Assembly (NCBI GenBank): GCA_965207695.1
Contig: CBDBNA010000005.1
Location: 121,144-185,143 of the forward strand
Length of the DNA: 64,000 nucleotides
Source of the DNA: Dehalococcoidia bacterium
GTDB lineage: Bacteria > Chloroflexota > Dehalococcoidia > Bin125
Direction of reading: 5' to 3'
Below, piece by piece: positions 58,682 to 64,000 of this stretch (its first letter is position 1; every line of letters begins with the position of its first letter). The notes under the pieces were generated by a model, which did no database searches, had not been told where the DNA came from, and saw only the letters and a program-made list of their open reading frames with translations. A program made the position numbers and the translations under genes.

Positions 58682-58960
58682 AGGGGATCGGGAAGGGCGC
58701 CGTCGCGTCTGGCACGCGACGCGGCCGACTGGCCAGAGCGCGAAGCATCAAGTGGCTTGGCCAAACGGCTGCCAGCATTTTCTGGATCAGCAGCATGGTG
58801 ACTTCCGGGATTGACTCCAGCGGGGACTGGTTGCAGGTATGTGCTGCATCCGCATGGCTGGTGGCCAACATCGCAACGCTCTTGACTGCCGAGGCTGATT
58901 GAGCGCGACACCGCGCCGAACTGCGGTTGGCTCGAGTAGGGTCTGCCCTATCGCGCCCGC

Positions 58961-60295
58961 TCAGTCGGGCGAGTGCTCCCAGTCCGCCATCAGCACCTCC
59001 ACCTCTTCCCCCACGGCCACCCGCTCCCGCTCGGCCGGGCAGACGGCGTAGCCGTTCGCGTAGGCCATCGACGTCAGCACGCCCGATCCCTGCGGTCCCG
59101 TCAGCCGGGCGTGCCAGCGGCCGTCGGCGGCCCGCTCCACGATCGCCCGCGCGTACACCTGGCGTGCGTCGGTGTTAATGATCGGCTCATCGGCAACGGC
59201 CATCACGACCGGCCGCTCCTGCACCTGCCGCCCCTGCATCTTGAACAGCGCCGGCCGCCCGAACAGCTCGAACGCCAGCAGCGAGGAGACCGGGTTGCCC
59301 GGCAGGCCGATGTGCGGCACGGCCCGCCCGTCGGCGGCGCTGAAGCGGCCGAAGGCCAGCGGCTTGCCGGGCTTCATCCGCACCGTCCAGAAGCGCACTT
59401 CGCCCTCCCGCGCCAGCACCTCCTTGACGACGTCGAAGTCCCCGCGCGAGACCCCCGCCGACGTCACCACCATGTCGGCCGCCGCCACCGCCTCGGCGAT
59501 CTTCGCGGTCAGCGCCGGCACCGTGTCCTGGGCGATGCCCGACAGCACCGGCACGCCCCCGTACTCCTCCACCAGCGCCGCCAGCCCGTAGGCGTTGCTG
59601 TCGTAGATCTTGCCGGGCGCCGGCGGCTCCCCTTGGGCCGAGGCGCCCGGGGTCAGCAGTTCGTCGCCGGTGGAGAGGATGGCGACGCGCGGCCGCCGCA
59701 CGACCGACACGGCGCCAATGCCCATCGAGGCGAGCACGGCGATCTCCGCCCCCCGCAGCACCAGCCCCCGCGTCAGGATCAGGGCGCCCTGGCGCACGTC
59801 CTCCCCGCGACGGCGGATGTTCGCGCCGGGCCGGGCCGCCTTCAGCACGCGCACGCTGCGCTGCGCCGTGTCGGCCGATTGCCCCGGCGCTTGCAAGCCC
59901 GTCTCGTCAGTCTCCTCGAACGGCACGATCGAGTCCGCGCCGGCGGGCATGGGGGCGCCGGTCATGATGCGCACGGCCTCGCCGGGCCCGACGGCGCCCT
60001 CGTACACGTAGCCCGCGGCCAACTCGCCGATTACCCGCAGCTCAGCGGCGCCCTCTCCATCGACATCAGCGCCGGCCGGCGCCGTATCCGCGGCCTGCAC
60101 CGCGTAGCCGTCCATGGCCGTGTTGTCGTGCGGGGGGATGTCGAACGGGGCCACGACATCGGCGGCCAGCACTTGGCCGGTGGCTTCGCGGATGGGGCGC
60201 AGCTCGGCCGGCATCTCCCGCACGAGGTCGAGGATCCGCGCCAGCGCCTCCTCCACGGGCAGCATGTCCGCGGGGGGCTCGGTCCGCCGGGGCAT
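58961..60295 (-). CDS. moeA: Molybdopterin molybdotransferase MoeA
   Basis: MoeA N-terminal domain, MoCF_biosynth domain and C-terminal domain (..PGNPVSS..., GG(V/M)S.G..D motifs). Confidence 0.85.
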   Translation of the reverse strand: MPRRTEPPADMLPVEEALARILDLVREMPAELRPIREATGQVLAADVVAPFDIPPHDNTAMDGYAVQAADTAPAGADVDGEGAAELRVIGELAAGYVYEGAVGPGEAVRIMTGAPMPAGADSIVPFEETDETGLQAPGQSADTAQRSVRVLKAARPGANIRRRGEDVRQGALILTRGLVLRGAEIAVLASMGIGAVSVVRRPRVAILSTGDELLTPGASAQGEPPAPGKIYDSNAYGLAALVEEYGGVPVLSGIAQDTVPALTAKIAEAVAAADMVVTSAGVSRGDFDVVKEVLAREGEVRFWTVRMKPGKPLAFGRFSAADGRAVPHIGLPGNPVSSLLAFELFGRPALFKMQGRQVQERPVVMAVADEPIINTDARQVYARAIVERAADGRWHARLTGPQGSGVLTSMAYANGYAVCPAERERVAVGEEVEVLMADWEHSPD

Positions 60296-60336
60296 CGGCC
60301 CACCTCTCTCCGCCGGGATCTCGCGCGGGGGCGCGG

Positions 60337-60588
60337 CTAGTCGAGCATCAGCGTCAGGCAGGTCGTGGTGCGCTTCACCCCGGTGATCGTCTGGATCGCC
60401 TCGGTGATGCAGCCGCCCAGCCGGTTGAGATCCTCGGCCTCGATCTGCGCGACGACGTCGAACGGGCCGGTCACGGTGTCCACCTGCATCACGCTCGCAT
60501 CGCGGTAGTGGATGTCCTTAAGGTGGTCCGCGACGGACTTCGCCGTGCCCACTTCGGTCTCGATCAGGACGTAGCTCTTGACGGCCAT
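60337..60588 (-). CDS. Stand-alone Lrp/AsnC ligand-binding (RAM) domain protein, 83 aa
   Basis: KSYVLIETEVGTAKSVADHLKDIHYRDASVMQVDTVTGPFDVVAQIEAEDLNRLGGCI is the AsnC C-terminal-domain pattern. No HTH present. Confidence 0.6.
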   Translation of the reverse strand: MAVKSYVLIETEVGTAKSVADHLKDIHYRDASVMQVDTVTGPFDVVAQIEAEDLNRLGGCITEAIQTITGVKRTTTCLTLMLD

Positions 60589-60699
60589 GGCAGGGGGCTC
60601 CTTCGCTCTCGCGTCGATCGGCGCGAGTGTAGCAGCGCCGCGCCGCGTCGCCGCCGGCCGCGATTGCCCTCCGCCGGGGCCGTAAGTACGGTGACCGCG

Positions 60700-61764
60700 A
60701 TGGCGCTCCCCGACCTCGCCACCCTGGAAGCCGACGCCCGGCGCGAGTTGGCCGCCGCGTCCGACGCGGCCGCGCTCGACGGTTGGCGCACGCGCTACCT
60801 GGGCCGCAAGGGACGGCTGACCGGCGTGCTGCGCGGCGTCCGCGACCTGCCGCCGGCCGACCGGCCCGCCATCGGCAAGGGCGCCAACACGCTCAAGGGC
60901 GCGCTCGAAGCGGCGCTCGACGAGCGCCGGGAGGCGCTGCGGCGGGGCGCCGCGGCCGCGCAGGCCGCCGCCGTCGATGTGACGCTGCCCGCGCGCTCCC
61001 TGCCCCAGGGCCAGTTGCACCCCGTCACACTCACGCGCCGCGCCATGGAGGACGTCTTCCGGGAGATGGGCTTCGACGTCGTCGAGGGCCCCGAGGTCGA
61101 GTGGGACAGCTACAACTTCGACCGCCTGCGCATCCCGCGCGACCACCCCGCGCGCGATATGTGGGACACGATCTGGATCGACCCGGAGGACGCCGGCGGC
61201 GCGGCCGGGGGCACGGGGCCGCCGCCGCGGCGGCTGCTGCGCACCCACACCTCGCCCATGCAGATCCGCTACCTGGAGACGCACCGGCCGCCGATCCGCG
61301 TCATCGTGCCGGGGGCCTGCTACCGCTACGAAGCGACCGACGCCACGCACGAGTGGATGCTCACCCAGATCGAGGGGCTCGTCATCGACGAGGGCGTCTC
61401 CTTCCCAAACCTGAAAGGCACGCTGGAATCGTTCGTGCACCGCTTCCTCGGCCCCGAACTGGAGACCCGCTTCCGCTGCGACTACTTCCCCTTCGTCGAG
61501 CCCGGCGCCGAGCTGGGCATTCGCTGGGGCGGACGCTGGCTGGAGGTGCTGGGCGCCGGCATGGTGCACCCGGAGATCATCGAGGCGGCCGGGCTCGACC
61601 CGGAACGCTACACCGGCTTCGCCTTCGGCATGGGGGTCGAGCGCTTCGCGATGCTGCGCTACGGCATCGACGACATCCGCTACTTCTACGCCAACGATCT
61701 GCGCTTCCTGGAACAATTCCGTGGCGAGGCCGGCCGCCCCGAATCCGCCGGGAGCGCGACGTGA
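60700..61764 (+). CDS. pheS: Phenylalanine--tRNA ligase alpha subunit
   Basis: Class II motifs (..TRYLGRKG...; FRCDYFPFVEPGAE; GAGMVHP). Confidence 0.9.
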   Translation: MALPDLATLEADARRELAAASDAAALDGWRTRYLGRKGRLTGVLRGVRDLPPADRPAIGKGANTLKGALEAALDERREALRRGAAAAQAAAVDVTLPARSLPQGQLHPVTLTRRAMEDVFREMGFDVVEGPEVEWDSYNFDRLRIPRDHPARDMWDTIWIDPEDAGGAAGGTGPPPRRLLRTHTSPMQIRYLETHRPPIRVIVPGACYRYEATDATHEWMLTQIEGLVIDEGVSFPNLKGTLESFVHRFLGPELETRFRCDYFPFVEPGAELGIRWGGRWLEVLGAGMVHPEIIEAAGLDPERYTGFAFGMGVERFAMLRYGIDDIRYFYANDLRFLEQFRGEAGRPESAGSAT

Positions 61765-64000
61765 GGGTCCCGCTGCGCTGGCTGGCCGACTACGTGCCCA
61801 TCACGCTGCCGGTGGAGGATCTGGCGCACCGCCTCTCGATGGCCGGCGCGGAGGTGGAGTCGATCGAGCGCACCGGCGACTGGGGCGACCTCGTCCGCGT
61901 CGGCCTCGTCACCGGCGTCGAGCCGCACCCCGCCGCCGATCGCCTGCGCTTGGCCACCGTGGACTACGGCGGCGACGCGCCCCAGACGGTCGTCTGTGGC
62001 GCGCCCAACGTCGCGGCGGGGCAGAAGATCGCCTTCGCGCTGGAGGGCGCCTCCCTCCACGACGCGCATTCGGGCAAGACCCGCAAGCTCAAGCGGTCGA
62101 AGATCCGCGGCGTCGTCTCGGCCGGTATGGTCTGCTCGGAGTTGGAGCTCGGCCTCTCCGATGAGCACGAGGGCATCCTCGTCCTCGACGACGCGGCCGC
62201 CGTCGGGACGCCGCTGAGCGAGGTGCTCGGCGAGACCGTGCTCGACATCACGCCCACCCCCAACCGGCCCGACCACTTCTCCGTGCTCGGCATCGCCCGC
62301 GAGGTCGCGGCGCTGACCGGCCAAGCCGTGCGCGAGCCGGAGATCGAGTACGCGCAGGAGGGGCCGCCGATCACGGAGGCGACGTCCGTCGAGATCGCCG
62401 ACCCCGACGTCTGCGGCCGCTACATCGCGACGATCATCCGCGGCATCCGCGTCGGCCCCTCGCCGGAGTGGCTGCAGCGGCGCCTGGCCGCGGCCGGGCA
62501 GCGCCCGATCAACAACGTCGTCGACGTGACGAACTTCGTCATGCTGGAGATGGGCCAGCCGCTGCACGCGTTCGACTACGACCGCCTCGATGAGGGCCGC
62601 ATCGTGGTGCGCCGGCCGCGGCCCGGCGAGGCGATCACGCTGCTCGACGGCAGCGACCACCAGCTCGGCGCGGATCACCTGCTGATCGCCGACGCAACCA
62701 CGGGGCGGGCGCTGGCCGGCGTGATGGGCGGCGCCGACTCGGAGGTCGCACCGGACACGACCAGCGTCCTGCTCGAGGCGGCCAGCTTCGCGCCCGACAA
62801 CACGCGCCGCACGGCGGCGGCCCTGAAGCAGCGCACCGAGGCCTCGCTGCGTTTCGAGAAGGGGCTCAACCCGGAACTGGCGGCGCTGGCCTCGGCGCGG
62901 GCGATGCGGCTGCTGCTGGATACCGGGGGCGGCATCGCCGACAACGGCGTCGCCGACGCGTACCCGGCCAAGCGGCCGCCGGCGCGCGTGCAACTGACAT
63001 CGCAGCGGCTGGAGCGCATCGCCGGCGTGGCCATGCCCACCGAGACCGTGCGATCGATCCTCAGCGGCCTGGGCCTGCCCACCCGCTGGAAGCCGCCCGG
63101 CACCTATGTCGTGGAGACGCCGCCCTGGCGCACCGACATCGCGCTGCCCGACGACGTCGTCGAGGAGGTCTGCCGCATCTACGGCTACGACAACCTGCCC
63201 AGCCGGGGCCTCGCTGGCGTGCTGCCGGAGCCGAGCCTCGATCGGCCGCGCCGGGTGCGCGAGTCGATCCGCGACGCCCTCGCCGCCGCCGGCTGCAGCG
63301 AGGTCATCACCTACGGCGCGACCAGCGCGGCCGCGCTCGACGCCGTCCCGGCCGGCCCCGGCGATGCCCCCACGGGCGACGACGCCCTCGCCCTGCTGAA
63401 CCCGATGAGTTCGCAGCACGCGCGAATGCGCACGTCGCTGCGGCCGGGCGTGCTGGCCAGCTACGCCGCCAACGCCCGCGGCGGCGCGCGGGCGGCGGGA
63501 CGCCTGCAGATCTTCGAGGCGGGCAAGGTCTTCCTCCCCCGCCCCCACGACCTGCCCCGTGAGCGCACCGACGTCGTGCTGGCGATGGGCGGCACGCCCG
63601 CCGCCTCCGCCCACGACCCCGGGCCCCGCGCCGCCGACCTGTACGACGCCAAAGCCCTGCTCGACGCGGTGGCGGCGGCGCTGCGCCTGCCTTTCGACTA
63701 CGAGGGCGCCGAGCCGCCCGACGCAGCGCTGCTGCCCGGCGTCAGCGCCCGCGTCGGCGTCGTGCAGGGGACGGGTAAGCGGCGGCGCGTGACGCCGGTG
63801 GGGGTGGTCGGGCGGCTCGACCCCGCCGTCGCGGAGCGGATGGGCATCGCGGGCGACGTGTTCCTCGCCGAACTCGACGTCGACGCACTGGCCGCGTGCG
63901 ACCCCGAGCCGCTGCGGATCGGCACGCTGAGCCGCTACCCGGCGGTCGTGGAGGACCTGGCGATCGTCGTCGAGGCCGACCTGCCCGCGGCTCGGGTCCA
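61761..64000 (+). CDS. pheT: Phenylalanine--tRNA ligase beta subunit (GTG start; 3' end truncated by the window)
   Basis: VRVPLRWLADYVPI...tRNA-binding domain (VEPHPAADRLRLATVDYGG), B3/4 and B5 domains. Open frame to the window end. Not in the ORF track because of the GTG start. Confidence 0.85.
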   Translation, partial: MRVPLRWLADYVPITLPVEDLAHRLSMAGAEVESIERTGDWGDLVRVGLVTGVEPHPAADRLRLATVDYGGDAPQTVVCGAPNVAAGQKIAFALEGASLHDAHSGKTRKLKRSKIRGVVSAGMVCSELELGLSDEHEGILVLDDAAAVGTPLSEVLGETVLDITPTPNRPDHFSVLGIAREVAALTGQAVREPEIEYAQEGPPITEATSVEIADPDVCGRYIATIIRGIRVGPSPEWLQRRLAAAGQRPINNVVDVTNFVMLEMGQPLHAFDYDRLDEGRIVVRRPRPGEAITLLDGSDHQLGADHLLIADATTGRALAGVMGGADSEVAPDTTSVLLEAASFAPDNTRRTAAALKQRTEASLRFEKGLNPELAALASARAMRLLLDTGGGIADNGVADAYPAKRPPARVQLTSQRLERIAGVAMPTETVRSILSGLGLPTRWKPPGTYVVETPPWRTDIALPDDVVEEVCRIYGYDNLPSRGLAGVLPEPSLDRPRRVRESIRDALAAAGCSEVITYGATSAAALDAVPAGPGDAPTGDDALALLNPMSSQHARMRTSLRPGVLASYAANARGGARAAGRLQIFEAGKVFLPRPHDLPRERTDVVLAMGGTPAASAHDPGPRAADLYDAKALLDAVAAALRLPFDYEGAEPPDAALLPGVSARVGVVQGTGKRRRVTPVGVVGRLDPAVAERMGIAGDVFLAELDVDALAACDPEPLRIGTLSRYPAVVEDLAIVVEADLPAARV

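Noticed and set aside
61686-63614. 642-aa minus-strand ORF antisense to pheT
   Set aside because: pheT (GTG 61761) has clear tRNA-binding and B3/4 domain signatures. The antisense frame is G/R/A-rich low complexity.

Overview
This is a 64 kb high-GC (about 70%) bacterial chromosomal segment, densely packed with housekeeping genes. Gene order (alaS-ruvX-mltG-aroE ... aroC-aroK/aroB; aroQ-pepP-efp; pheS-pheT; dnaG-rpoD) and a TopA with four GRxGPY repeats plus a lysine-rich tail and no zinc ribbons suggest a high-GC actinobacterium-like organism; this is inference from synteny and domain architecture, not from a search. Recognisable genes include uvrD/pcrA, trkH, mazG, rpoD, dnaG, ppdK, glmS, plsC, cmk, rluB, xseAB, efp, pepP, aroQ, xerC/D, topA, dprA, glmU, alaS, ruvX, mltG, aroE, aroC, an aroK-aroB fusion, moeA and pheST. 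Several lower-GC patches interrupt this backbone. (i) A HicB/HicA-like toxin-antitoxin pair at the 5' edge. (ii) A roughly 3.8 kb island (3.9-7.7 kb) holding a 581-aa all-alpha protein with a C-terminal HEPN-like Rx4HG motif, a small membrane-anchored protein, and a 389-aa protein flanked by 66-bp direct repeats. (iii) A patch at 10.4-12.2 kb where two different short-period tandem-repeat arrays (11 bp x9 and 10 bp x3) bracket an HTH protein gene. (iv) A 600 bp low-GC spacer between alaS and ruvX with a near-consensus sigma-70 promoter, an intrinsic terminator, and about 13 degenerate 10-nt periodic repeats, which I read as a candidate ncRNA. A hairpin-containing small dispersed repeat (CCCCCGACGATAYAYCG..CGTCGGGGGCGCTTCGCGTC) recurs at least six times, always just upstream of gene starts. 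I found no tRNA, rRNA or CRISPR. Many long opposite-strand ORFs in the track are GC-bias artefacts.
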